Positions 31,594 to 43,757 of a DNA stretch of 64,000 nt are shown piece after piece (within the stretch, counting starts at the first letter, position 1; the number at the start of each line of letters is the position of its first letter). Source of the stretch: Antedon mediterranea (lineage: Eukaryota > Animalia > Echinodermata); contig NC_092678.1 of assembly GCF_964355755.1 (NCBI RefSeq), positions 14,162,371-14,226,370 of the forward strand, given 5' to 3'. The notes beneath the pieces are model-generated. The model worked only from the letters and a program-made list of their open reading frames with translations. It did not search any database and was not told the DNA's origin. Position numbers and translations under genes: made by a program.

Positions 31594-32832
31594 ATAAAAT
31601 ACGTACCTCGAGTCTATGGTCACTTCGTTCTGATTCTGGTTGGTTACATACAGTTTTCCGATTGCCGAAATTTTGTCTTCGTCCAATTGCGCTGCATCAT
31701 CGCGCATAGCGTGAACAAACAATTTTGTATTACCAATGTTCGTATCACTTTCAAGTGCAGGAAAGTGTCTTTTCAAAAAATAATTCGCCTCGTACATGTG
31801 AGGTTCCAATATCCACGCTTTCATATGTTGGAAGCTTACACAACGACTATCGCCTTCGTTCATTATAACTCTCGGATCAATCTGTTGCAAAGACAGTTTA
31901 AGAGTCGGAGGTAGATTCAATTCTTTGTCGGCAATTGTCATCAACTGATCGAGAGTTAGCGCATTACTCGATTCATTTGCAATCAAACGTGTCAGCTCAC
32001 GTCGATGAGTTGCACGTCTAGATGACGAAAAAAGAGTCTTTGGTGTAAACAGATCTGCGCGCTTTTGCCACGCCTCTGCTGTATCTTGTTCTCTAACAGT
32101 CGGGGGCAATCGATTGCCTTCGATTTTCGGTATGTCTAAACAGAAATATTTTTCAATGCTTCTTTCAAAATCCCCGAGCACTGTCACGTGTGGAACATAG
32201 CTATTTATCTTGGTTCGTTTCATTTGCGACGTTCCACGACCCAATCGGCAATCGAAATGTTTAAATGCATATTTTATTGTCGCCGTTGCTGAATCGTTTC
32301 GTTTACGTTTTGTCTTTTTACGTTTCGGTTCATTATCATCATCATCGTCGTCATCATCATCATCATCATCATCATCAAGATCGTTGTCGGAAAACATTTC
32401 GCATCGGACGTCTGTCAAGAATGTTGTGTCCCATGCTGGCAGGTATCCGTTGTTTATCAACAGTATGGACTTGACAACGTACTGTAACATTTTGTGCAAA
32501 CGTCGTGGGAAGATCAACCAGAACACGTAACCGCACGACACCTTACCCCGAACCGTTTCATCCACGATGCGACTAGGTTCAATAAGAGAGCACACCAGTG
32601 CGTGCTGTTCATCGTTGCAGTGCAACTGTAACGCTTTTCTCAACAACACCATCATCATTATGTACGTATGCGGGGAGCAATTGCGCAGCGAGTTTGTCGG
32701 TATTTCAAACGATTTCAACTCGACGCACATGATGTGCATGGGTTCACCAAACACAATATCGTCCGTAATTCGACTGCCCGGCCATAATTCACATGGCAGT
32801 AGATCATCGGCTGTACTCTCAGATTTACTCAT
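28466..32832 (-). CDS. Divergent MCM-like AAA+ helicase (~1,410 aa); exons 32832-31607 and 31472-28466; one in-frame TAA at 30887-30889
   Basis: GT-AG intron 31606-31473 joins the frames (DSR|HLYG); Walker A GPPGTGKT, Walker B-like RFMNE, sensor-1 TIMAMN, Arg-finger-like SLNERV, sensor-2-like TRTINKLIDLARLCA. Confidence 0.78.
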
Positions 32833-33111
32833 TTTCAACAACCGCGCGACTTTAACTAAACATTAAAAATACACATATACTCTTATATATTCACAATCAC
32901 ATACGTTGATATTTTCCAAGGTGGACATCGATTAGACAGTGTACAACTTACCAGGAGATAATACTCATGCCTATTAATTATGCATAAACTTTTGAAGGTC
33001 ATCGTCTTTTCAATTCGCAAGGAAGTCTTTTATTTAGAAACGTTCAATGCCAACGATTCAATTGTATACACACATAATTCACTTTGTACAGAAGTTCAGC
33101 AGTATATATAG

Positions 33112-33192
33112 CCTACACACACTTCAGTGAAGCAGTATCCTACACACACTTCAGTGAAGCAGTATCCTACACACACTTCAGTGAAGCAGTAT
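33112..33192. repeat. 27-bp tandem repeat, 3 copies
   Basis: AGCAGTATCCTACACACACTTCAGTGA with period 27, just downstream of TATATATA. Confidence 0.9.
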
Positions 33193-33206
33193 AATACTAA
33201 CTGATA

Positions 33207-35752
33207 ATGTCTCAGCAAACAGCTAAGTGTAAAGTGCAAGAACATACAATGTGGATGACTCCGTGGTGGACTGACGATGTTGAAGGTAATTCATAAATGT
33301 GTATTGTTTGATTTAGCAACGTAATATTATTTCTATAGTGTCACTAGTTTTGTTGTTTTTGTTTTATCAAGAAGAAATAATGTTACCATAGTTTTACAAG
33401 GGCATGATTCGATATTATCAAGAATATTGTAATATATCTTTTCATTTCATTTCATTTATTTATTTCACTTTACAAATATATAAATATAAAGTGGAGGAGC
33501 CTAAAAGAAAGCAAAGCTTGTTGTGAATAGGCTCCTCAAAACAAAACAAATAAAATAGAAATAATATTATAACACAATTAGAAACTCCAAAAAAAAAATA
33601 ACAACAATTAAACTAATATCTTTTCTCTAACACATAAGTTTAACATGTTTAAAACTAAAAAAAAAACAAGTAAAAAATAGATTATATAAATTATTTAAGA
33701 AATATCAAATACATCAATAATAAAAGAATTTACAAAGAACCTTCAACCAATAATAGTTTAAATTGACGTTTAAATAAAGCACAGTTATGAGATTTTTTTA
33801 AGAGATAAAGGAAGAGAATTCCAGAGTTTAGGTCCAGTGTATACAAGGGTATTCATTTTAGTTCGAGTAAATGGCAGGTGATACTAATCTTTTTGTCTTG
33901 TTTGGTGAGTGTGGTATTGTTTATTTTAAGTGAATTTACTGGATATTATAGGTGTCGGGCGGTTAATTGAAACATGATGACACCAACATTAAATCTATAG
34001 AGATCCTCAATTTTTAATATTTTATTTTTTTTTTGAAAGAGATCTTGGGTGTGAGCACGAAAAATTACCCCTGAGATAATTCTGACAGCTCGTTTCTGGA
34101 TTAATAAAATTTTAGTAATAATTGATTTTGAAGCATTTCCCCAAGCAAGAACACCATAATTTAAGTACGATAAAATAAGAGTAGAATATAAAATATTTAA
34201 TACTTTTTGAGGAAATATTGATTTCAATTTATACATCATGCCAACATTTTTTTTGATAATAATTTGCAAAGGTAATTAACATGGGCTTTCCAGTCAAGTC
34301 TGTCGTCAATAAATATACCAAGAAATTTTGTGTTGGTTATTTGATTAATAGGAACATTGTTGAAAATAATATCTTTTGGTAACATACTATATTATTTGTT
34401 ACTAAACAACATAAAATTGTTTTTTAGCATATTTAGTGATAGCTTGTTTGCATGTATCCAATTAGTAACCCTTTTTACCGTGTTATGCAGCGCATAATGA
34501 CAATGATTGTGGTTTGTCAACTTTTTTTTTTTTTTTAAATTTGGTTTTAGTACAACGAACATCAGTTCAGAATGTTTCACAATGGAAAGATAGTGTTAAA
34601 GGTAAATACAATACTAACGTTATATATCTATATTATAAGTGAGAGAGTTTGTACGTCTGTCTGTTTGTTTGTTTGTCTCTTACTTATAATATAGATATTT
34701 AGATAGATATGATTCATACTGAAAAACTTGATGCTCATTGGCATAAATAAATATTCAAAGAGGGCACGAATCAGATGTGTACCCTGAACACATCCAGTAG
34801 TAAATCCTTCTCCGAGAAGCCTTGTATATGTTTTAATTGGTTGCAAACTAGCACCAGCACCACGTACTATTAGTTGTATAATAAAACCAGTTTTTCTTCT
34901 TTTTTTTTTTATAATTTCAGTAACAAGAATACCAATAATGCCGTAAGTATTTTTTCTTCTCTTGACATTACATTTTTGTTTATTTATTCGATTCATATAT
35001 ACATATATATAATTTATTCATAGTACATTCGTAAGAGTTCCCTCGGAAGAGCACCCGTTCAACCCGAAAGAAGAAGAAACCGTGGACAAAGGTAAATTAA
35101 AGTAAATGCATTGTTGGCGAACGATACTATTTAACGCTGCTCATATGATTGTTATAATATAATATTATATATATTTGATTTCATATAGAATCAACACAGC
35201 AACAACCGTTACATTCGACGGGTCGTTGTAAACGCCCTCAACGAACCAGAGGCGTGTTTTCATGGTAGGTTCACCAACTATTATTCTTGTTCATGCAGGA
35301 AAATGCTCCCCAAAAACCCGAAAATCATTATTTTTTATTTACGTCATGTTTTCTTTCACAGGCAAAGCACACTTCTGCCTTTTAAGGAAACGTACGCCTT
35401 TGATTCCGAAAACGACAACAACAGCAATATAGACTACCTGATAGCTTTGTCGTGCTCTGCTGTACATAACAGTGACACGGCAAAAGTAGCAGATATATTA
35501 AAATGGAATGGCTTCACGTATATCAGAATGAAGCCAACAAAAGACAAACAAACCATAATGAGGTATTTGAATAGATGCAAACGCGTTATTGTGTTCCAAA
35601 ATCTATTCTTTGAAGATTACGTCAATGACGTATTTACTATCTGCAGCGAAAATTTAGGAATGGTGGAGACAACTCTACCATTCAAAAATAACATTTTTGA
35701 TATAACGGTTTTTTCTAGTGGTACTGTCATGCGCGTATTGAAAAGAAAATAG
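33207..35752 (+). CDS. Predicted 5-exon gene of unknown function (~210 aa): 33207-33285, 34921-34942, 35024-35091, 35189-35264, 35362-35752
   Basis: All four introns are GT-AG and phase-compatible, giving one stop-free frame MSQQTAKCK...GVFSWQSTLLPF...RVLKRK. Confidence 0.6.
33440..34470 (-). mobile_element. 5'-truncated CR1/L2-group LINE fragment with 3' hairpin and microsatellite tail
   Basis: LYSTLILSYLNYGVLAWG...IQKRAVRII RT C-terminal motif, WIHANKLSLN, stem GAGGAGCCTA/TAGGCTCCTC (33494-33537), (TGAAA)n tail. Confidence 0.88.
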
Positions 35753-37459
35753 TTTCATTGTCAATAATTTGTCTTTTGTTGGTTTAATTAAATAATACCT
35801 TTCATCATTAGTTGTACAAGTATACATTTTTAACTAAATATATATAGGCCTATAGACCTAAATCATAGGCAGGACATAGAAAAAAAAATCAAGATCAAAT
35901 CAGTTAAAACTGCCTCAATATATAAGTTTATGTTTCGGGCATAGCCGATCATCAGGTGAAGAAAATCATCAAATATGAAAAGGCATAGTTATAAAGGCAC
36001 ACTTCCAAACGCTTTGGGGTACAAAGCAGAAATGGTTAGTTATAAAGCAGGAAAAATATACATATGTATAATATATTTGTTTGTGAATGTTAACCTAGTT
36101 CGTTGTACGTGAATCCATACTTTTGTAATATCTGCTGCTAGTGGTGCATATTGTTATGTACATACAGCATCACGGTTGACTGAAATTTCAGTTTGTTTAA
36201 TGTTTTATTTATTGATAGAATTTCAATATATTATTGTACTGTATTTATTGTTTATGAATTTAAATGTCGTTAACTCGGAAATCGTTTTAACAAATAAAAA
36301 AAATTTAAAAAGTTACATCACGTTTGTTTCTTTTTATTTATTCATTTCTTGTGTGTGGGTGCGTGTGCGCGTGCGTGTGTGTGTGTGTTCATGGCTCTGT
36401 CATCCTGTGTGCAGAATTTAGGACGACTACTGAATGCGGATAAAAACTCTATTCGAAGACATGCACAGAAAACCGGTTACATATAAACTTTAATTGTCGA
36501 ATACAATTGCACCAAAGTGCAAATGTATTCTACGTTATAATCAATATTACATTTTAAAATAGATATAGCTAAAAAGTAATACATTAAGGGCGTAATAATA
36601 TTTTACATAAAATAAGTGTTATCTTTTAACTATTGAAAACACATTAAATAAATGATTGTTTGATACCGCCCGCTCGAAAAAAATCTTCCGCGCGGTTCAG
36701 TAAACGTTATCAAAGAATATATATCACAAGAATGAGTATTCCGCGATTTTTTCATGAGATATTTGTAACAGAGAGCTCCAGAGAGTGATGTCCGCCCTCA
36801 TAAGGGCGGATGTATACATACTAAATAAGACTTGATTTAATAGATACCGTATTATACATGTCACATTAAATAGAATTATGATAATATATTTTGCAATTGT
36901 AATATATTTTATAATACATATTTATTAAAAAAACTAGTGTACATTCACTTTATTTACAGACAATTATTTACTAACATGCTAAATTCGTTCACAAAAAAAG
37001 GCCTAACACAGCAACACCAAAAATCAACGAATCCTTACTCAGCACGGTCTATTCTTATCATTGCCGCGTAGTACTCTACGCCCGGTAAATTAAGTATTGT
37101 TTTTATGATACAAATTAGTATAAAATACATGTTATTAATAGGATAAAATGTTAAATGTCATTAACATGTATTTGTTTTACCAGAAACAAGTTAAATATAG
37201 GAATATTATTAAACTATCCTTCGTGAAAACGCGTAAACACCAACACGCCCGGTCACGCTATCGTAGCGCCCGGTTGATAAAGCAAACTGTTTATGCGGCA
37301 GTTTTTACTAAATAAATTGCATAAAACGAACAATTAAATATCCAAATAGCATTTAACATAATGTTGGCATCTAGTTGATAACATTTTTTTATCATGAAAA
37401 GTTGTATACATCCCAGATCCCAATCTTAAAAAAAAATTGAAATGTGTTTGAATAATGAT

Positions 37460-37585
37460 AAAGGAAAATGTCACGGGGAAAAATGTCACGGGGTAAAATG
37501 TCACGAGGGAAACGGACCGGGATACAACATACCGGGGAAAAAGTCCGGGAAGCAAATGTCCGGGGGAAAATGTCCAGGGGGAAAC
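37460..37585 (+). repeat. Short degenerate GGGGAAAATGTC tandem repeat
   Basis: Several 15-16-bp units visible. Confidence 0.7.
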
Positions 37586-38699
37586 TAGCCTGTCTCGTAT
37601 TTTCTGAAAATAATATTGTTCTTGTTTCTACATTACTATAGCAAGAAACGAGTATTTTTTGTTCATAAACTATACAATTTTTGCAATGGCGATGAAGGAT
37701 GGCTAGTTGTCAGAGATACACCGTATGGGTGTGCTTGGGAAGGAGAAAACATTCCCGTCTTTATATTTAGCGCTTCTAGCAATGCAGAGAACTGGAGCAA
37801 TGGATGTAAGTAAATAATAATGATAACGACAACGTTTACCAACTTTGTTATTAAGTGATTCAAGGAGATAAGAACTATAATAATGGTTCCCAAAAATAGA
37901 AAATAATTAGAAATTGGGAATATGGAGATACGGTTCTATATATGTTCCATGGGCCAACGAACTGATCATTCAGGCAGAGAGTTTCAATTTGTTGACGTCA
38001 TGATGTAAACAAAAACATTTTTTCTAGTAATTTAAATTTATATTTTTCCATGTGTCACTGTAAATACAATATTTGATATTATGCTATAGCATATACTAGA
38101 CACGATTAAGAACTAATAGGTCTAAACATTCTTCTGAGGTTATTCTGTATGATGACATACAACTTTCTGATTTTGTTGTACGATACCGAAAAAACTATGG
38201 TTTTTATCTTTAATCACAAAGATGACATATTACTCTAAAAAATTACGAATTTTTATTTTAATTTATTTTTTAGTGATCGAGAAAGCTTATATTATGACAG
38301 TTCATGTGAAGTACGCCTGATTATTATTTCATATTCAAAGAGGACAAAAGGAAAACACGGATCATCAAGTACAAAACCCGCCTCTCTGTGGCACAATATT
38401 TCTTAAAGTACAACTATATCGAGAACCATATTTGACAACATAAATAGGTATGTACATATTATGATGTACGATTTCGCCGTACAGCCGTTGCCGTAAGTTG
38501 ATGTGATGTAATGTTTGCATGGAAAGTCTATCCCATGAGTTTTCAATGTTTTTGACATACAAGAGATAGTTACCCGTTATTCAAATTGCGCATTTATCTA
38601 ATCTTATCTGATCTAAATACACAACTGTCAGAACTTCGCGGCGGAGTAAGAGCAAACTTTACATAACTAACATAATCCTAGAGAGAAATGTGTGGACGT

Positions 38700-41600
38700 A
38701 ATGACGTCTTTCAATCTCAAATTAATAGTGCAAAAGGTGAAATAGATTTATTGGTACCGGTCACTTTAAAATAGTTGACGTAAGATAGTCAATTCAAAAT
38801 CGTATCAGATCAAGTAAATGTGCAACATGAAAATATAATAATATAAATAACCAGAAACACAGCAGTATATTGTAACCTAAATATTCAAGATACAAAAACA
38901 AGCTCATCAACCCAACATAGGAAATATCACCAGCACAAGAAAGATCACCTGCACAGAAAAGATCACCAGCATAGGACAGATCACCAGCAAAAGAAAAATC
39001 ATCGACACATGAAAAATCACCAACACAAGAAAGATACCAACACAGACAAGATCACCCACACAAACTCTGATATTTAGTAACTCACTGTGCAAACGCATCA
39101 GATCTATAAAAAAAATCCATTGGTCTAAATCAACGAAAGTATTTATAAAAAGCGGTACCTCTATATCTGATGTACAGAAGCTAGTTGAGGAGACAACAGA
39201 TGAAAACCTTGACATTGTAATATTCCATACATGGACAAATGATACAACCAAACATACCGAAAAAGAATGTCACGCCGAAGCTGAAAGTCTAATCGAGTCA
39301 ACGCTTAGGAAATTTCAATCATCTCATGAATTGTATCAGGAATTCTGCCAAAATTATGGCTCTTACAGCATAACAACACTACCGACCAAATAACCATCAA
39401 ACTGAACAAAGTATTGGCAAGTAACTACTGTAATTATAATAACATTCTAACGATATACCGGAAAATATTTCTTTTAACTTCCAATCAGCCACCAATGAAC
39501 TTATTTTAGAAAAACTAAGATCATTGTCAGTAAATAACCAACTGGTGGTGATATGATTCCATCAAAATAAATTACTAAAATAAGCTGAGCAATCCAGACA
39601 ATTACCGTCTAATTTTTGTGTTAAATGTTATCTCTAAAATAGCTGTATTTGACTAATGACTAATTCTATCATTAATATCTTAGTATAAATAATCTTTTAA
39701 ATAGCAATCAGTCATGATTCAAACGTAACCAAATTACTCCACATCTAGTAACATCCCGTGTAAATATTACTGAAGAATGTTTTAATGAAATTGATAAAGG
39801 TAATCTAATTGGCATATGTATGTCTTGTCTTAAAAAAGGCTTGTATTACTGTAGATCATATTTTTTCAACCAATTAAAATTGTGTAATTGTAGTAAAAGT
39901 ATTAACTGGTTGAAGAGATAACTTGAAGTGATTGAACTCAAACTACTTGTATACATGGTATCAAATCTGATTACTTAAGTAGCAAGTGTGGAATGCCACA
40001 GGGCTCCATTACTGGACACTTGCCATCTTGATATATTAATGACCTGCCAAATTGTATTTCTCTATGCAGTGTAAGTTTATATGCTGATGATACTGCAATC
40101 TGATATTCCCCTAATTCAACTGATATAACTGCATGCTATAATAGTGATTTATCAAATATAAACAATTGGCTTGAGAGCAACAAACTTAGGCATTCAAAGT
40201 CAGAATTCATGTTAATATGATCTAAACAAAGGCTTTGTTTTGTAAATAATTGCTTATCTGGTAATATTAATGGTATTGCATTATCTAGGGTAAACAATAA
40301 TATGTTGGTGCATATATTGATAAACATTTAAGTCGAGATAAAACCTTCTAAAATGTTCGTAAAAAAGTATTAACTGGCATGAATAAATGTTTAAAAAAGC
40401 AACCCATTTATCACAAAACACACTCTTTTTAATGCCTATAGCAGTATAATAGTTGGGCCACACTTTGAGTATTGTAATGTTATTAGTCTAACTGTTGATT
40501 AACTAAATCCAAACGTTTACTAGTTAATCAAAATCGGGCAGGGAGAATAATATGTGGGGTATCATGGGAAACAAACTTAATTTGAAAACATTGTCTGAAA
40601 TGAAAACTGTAAATCGTCTTAAACCTGTATATAAAATTCTTTATAATTTAACTTATATCTCACTAATAATACATTCAACCCTTAGAGGCATGAAGCAGCC
40701 TTGGTGTTGACATTCTCTCTCGTCTACGAACCTAACATCATTTAAACATAAACTGTATTAAACTTTTTAACATATGAACACATGAACTTTTGTAATGGAA
40801 AACAAAAACACATTTTGGTCAATTACTCAAAGGTAGCTTTTTTGTATGAACAACACTATTATCGAGTCTACAACCAGGCAAACCATTGCTTAACCTAAAG
40901 TTGTCATTAAATGCAAACTTAAGTCATCCTCAACTATTACATTTATTAATTATCGTTCTTAAATATAACTGTAACAAAACTCCTAACATATCTCGTATCT
41001 CTACAATTACATTTCAGTCAATATAATATAATTTACAAATAAAATCACATACACAAGGTCAGTAGTGATCTGTTAATACTGTTCGTGGTACAAGAGAAAG
41101 GGTAGCCGGTTATCTAAACCAAAATGAATAAAAATAAATACGTGGTTTTTGCTCAAATGATTAAAATGTGTTCATTGGATATGAAACATAGGGGATGCCA
41201 CAACAATTTGTACTGAATGGATTATTAGTTTAAGGGATGGAAATATGGGTTTTATAGCTAATTTGCATATATAAGTTCATTTGCATATGAAGGCGGTGGA
41301 TGATGGAGGGTTGATTTGATGTATGTGGTCTGGAAAAGAACGTCTCATATACATTCTTTAAAACCCCAAAAATCTTTGCCTACAATTTTGTCTCAGTTCA
41401 CCATAATCTTGTCTTAGAATAAGATTTATAATATAAACTTTCTTCTTCAATTAAATACAACCTACTTCAACTAATCGCAAATTCTGGTTTTCTTTTATTT
41501 CTTATATTAAAGCCATCAGGAAACAAGTAAATGTACCATTTTTTATTATTAGTATCCACATATTATAACAACTTAAGTAGTTACTGATTTTTAATTTATT

Positions 41601-42125
41601 CTTAATACTACCAGTAACAAGGCTCTCCAATAAATCATATAAGTGCAACACCATGTTAGTTCCCTTATATATTAGTTTGAATAGAATATTCGCATTATCT
41701 TTCTTTGTTTTGAAAATACAATAACGATACGTTACTCAGACTAGACAAAAGTTGTATGTACCAAAATATAGAACAAATACAGGACAACGATCCATTGCGG
41801 TGCAAAGCTCTGGAATGAAATCCCAAATGATTTAAGGATTCTAACAATATAAAATTTAAAAAAGAAATGAAAACATACTATGTGTTTGTTTAGTGATATT
41901 TATTTATTTCATTAGAGAAAAATATTGTATATTTGAGAGAAAAAAAATGTATATTACTTTTTGTAGACCTAATTTATTTATATGATTATTTATATTTCAA
42001 TGTTTAGGGGCTTAAATTGATTAGTTTAAACTATTTTTAGCCATTCGCTTGATATACCGTAGTTATTATTATTTGTATGTTACAATTGTATAATTTATAT
42101 ATGGGTAAATATAGAAAGAAAGAAA
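38700..42125 (+). mobile_element. Heavily decayed CR1-like LINE (esterase-type ORF1 remnant + RT remnant), interrupted by other insertions
   Basis: DIVIFHTWTND (SGNH-like) near 39210, GMPQGSI near 39990, LYADDT near 40077, LWNEIP near 41810, (GAAA)n tail near 42113. Confidence 0.75.
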
Positions 42126-43757
42126 ATACAGGTATATTAAAATATCCAGTAGTATAGTATAATTGAGTAGCTTTTAAGATTAATTTCGGTATGATGTAAT
42201 AAATTCATTTTGTATTCTTGAACTTTAATACAGTTAGTACATTATTGTCTTAAAAGTGGCGATGACACCTAAGCGTATACTCAGGCACATACGATTGGTA
42301 ACTCCACACTTTCACCCGCGACATCCGTTAAACAGTTAACGATGTGTTATTATAAAGTTTAAACTTGGATGTATTACCATCATAATCACTATGTTTTCAG
42401 GGAGTTGGGGTTATTTCATTTAACTAAACATGTATCTAGCCTTTAGCCTTTTGTTTTTCATGTGGGCAACTGTCCGGGTGTTAAATGCTTTATGGTTTTT
42501 ATAAATATATTTCTGTATATTTTGTCGAATGTGTTGAAAATACAAAATAAAAAAACACGCTATATTATAATTTACTGTAAGGCGTACCGAACACGCTACT
42601 TAACAAATTAGGTATAAATGCTGCTGTAAGACTGAAATTAAACAACTGTAAACGGTTAGAGTTTAAAACGTTAACTGGCTATCGGTAATTTTACGAATTC
42701 GGATGTTTTTTTTTTCTAAAATATAATCGTTGCTCTAGTAATCATATGTTCTTAACTTTTATTATATTTAACATTTTAACGTTTTTATTACTATTATATA
42801 TGTGTTTGTAATTTAAATCTTGTTTTAAATTTGATTTGTATGTTTTTAACTGTACTGTGCATTGTTTACTAACTAATGTAGGCCTACAATTATATTGTAT
42901 CTAAGAAATGATGTAAATATGGAAGAAAATACACTACTGGCTATTTTTTTTATCATTTTACTGATACAGGTATGCAGGTGAACATTTTTCATTTTTCTTA
43001 GACCTTAGTGGTTTGATTTAATGTGCGATTAGCATATTTGTGATTTAGCGGCAACTAAGAAGCATTTGGCACTTTAATTGCTGAAAAATATAGTTTCTTT
43101 GAAAGAAAATAAGTACAAATTAGAAACGGTATACCATATAACATATAGTTATCATTCAGATTTAAGAATATTTCCTACTTTTTTCCCAAATTGTTTAATC
43201 TGTTTACATTTGAAGAACATGAAGAACATGTGTTCTTCACCTTCAGTGATGCCACAATATTTACAATGTTTGTTATTTTTTAATTTCCAGATATATAGCT
43301 TTTGCTTTGTAGTGCAAAAGCTTGTAATATACTTTTGCTAAATGTGTATTTTTCATTTAACATACCTTTGATGTTATATGTTTTTCTTTTATTATGTTAT
43401 ACGATTATCTAATTATATGATTTTTGAGCATCTCATCTTAGTTTGTAATACAAATACTGTGTCTTGATTTGTAATATAAATATTATGATGTGGCTGCCCA
43501 TTTTGTTTTGTTCATAATTGTTTCCGTCATTCAATATATGACATATTCCACCCAGTTTGGAGTTGTGTGCTTTCTTTTTTGTCTCGGCTTTTTGCACTAC
43601 CTTCCAGTGACATAAAAAACAGCTATTTTTAAGCCAATTTCAGGACGACAAAATTATGTCTATTGAGGACGACACATACATATAAAGTTTGATGTGTATG
43701 CCGCACTAAACGTCAAATTAAGTTACAAAACAATGGGCCTACTGCGAGGAACTGCAT

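Larger units (their letters stand above)
1..35800. mobile_element. Endogenous herpes-like (HK97-fold/Duplodnaviria) viral element, right-hand part; left end outside window, right boundary uncertain (about 32.9-37 kb)
   Basis: Compact intron-poor genes with visibly higher GC/CpG than the host flank, including assemblin-like protease, PolB, MCM-like helicase, 2 kinases and IAP; contiguous with typical animal repeat-rich DNA. Confidence 0.8.

Noticed and set aside
31473-31606. Poly-His / poly-Met / poly-Phe peptides
   Set aside because: They are translations of microsatellites inside the helicase intron
416-32866. Many antisense/overlapping ORFs (e.g. 875-1381, 4420-4944, 14667-15176, 30321-30803)
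   Set aside because: Shadows of real genes on the opposite strand; Ser-rich, no motifs
32900-38000. Telomeric-repeat or piggyBac (Teratorn-type) terminus
   Set aside because: No TTAGGG array, convincing TTAA-flanked TIR or transposase could be seen in this window
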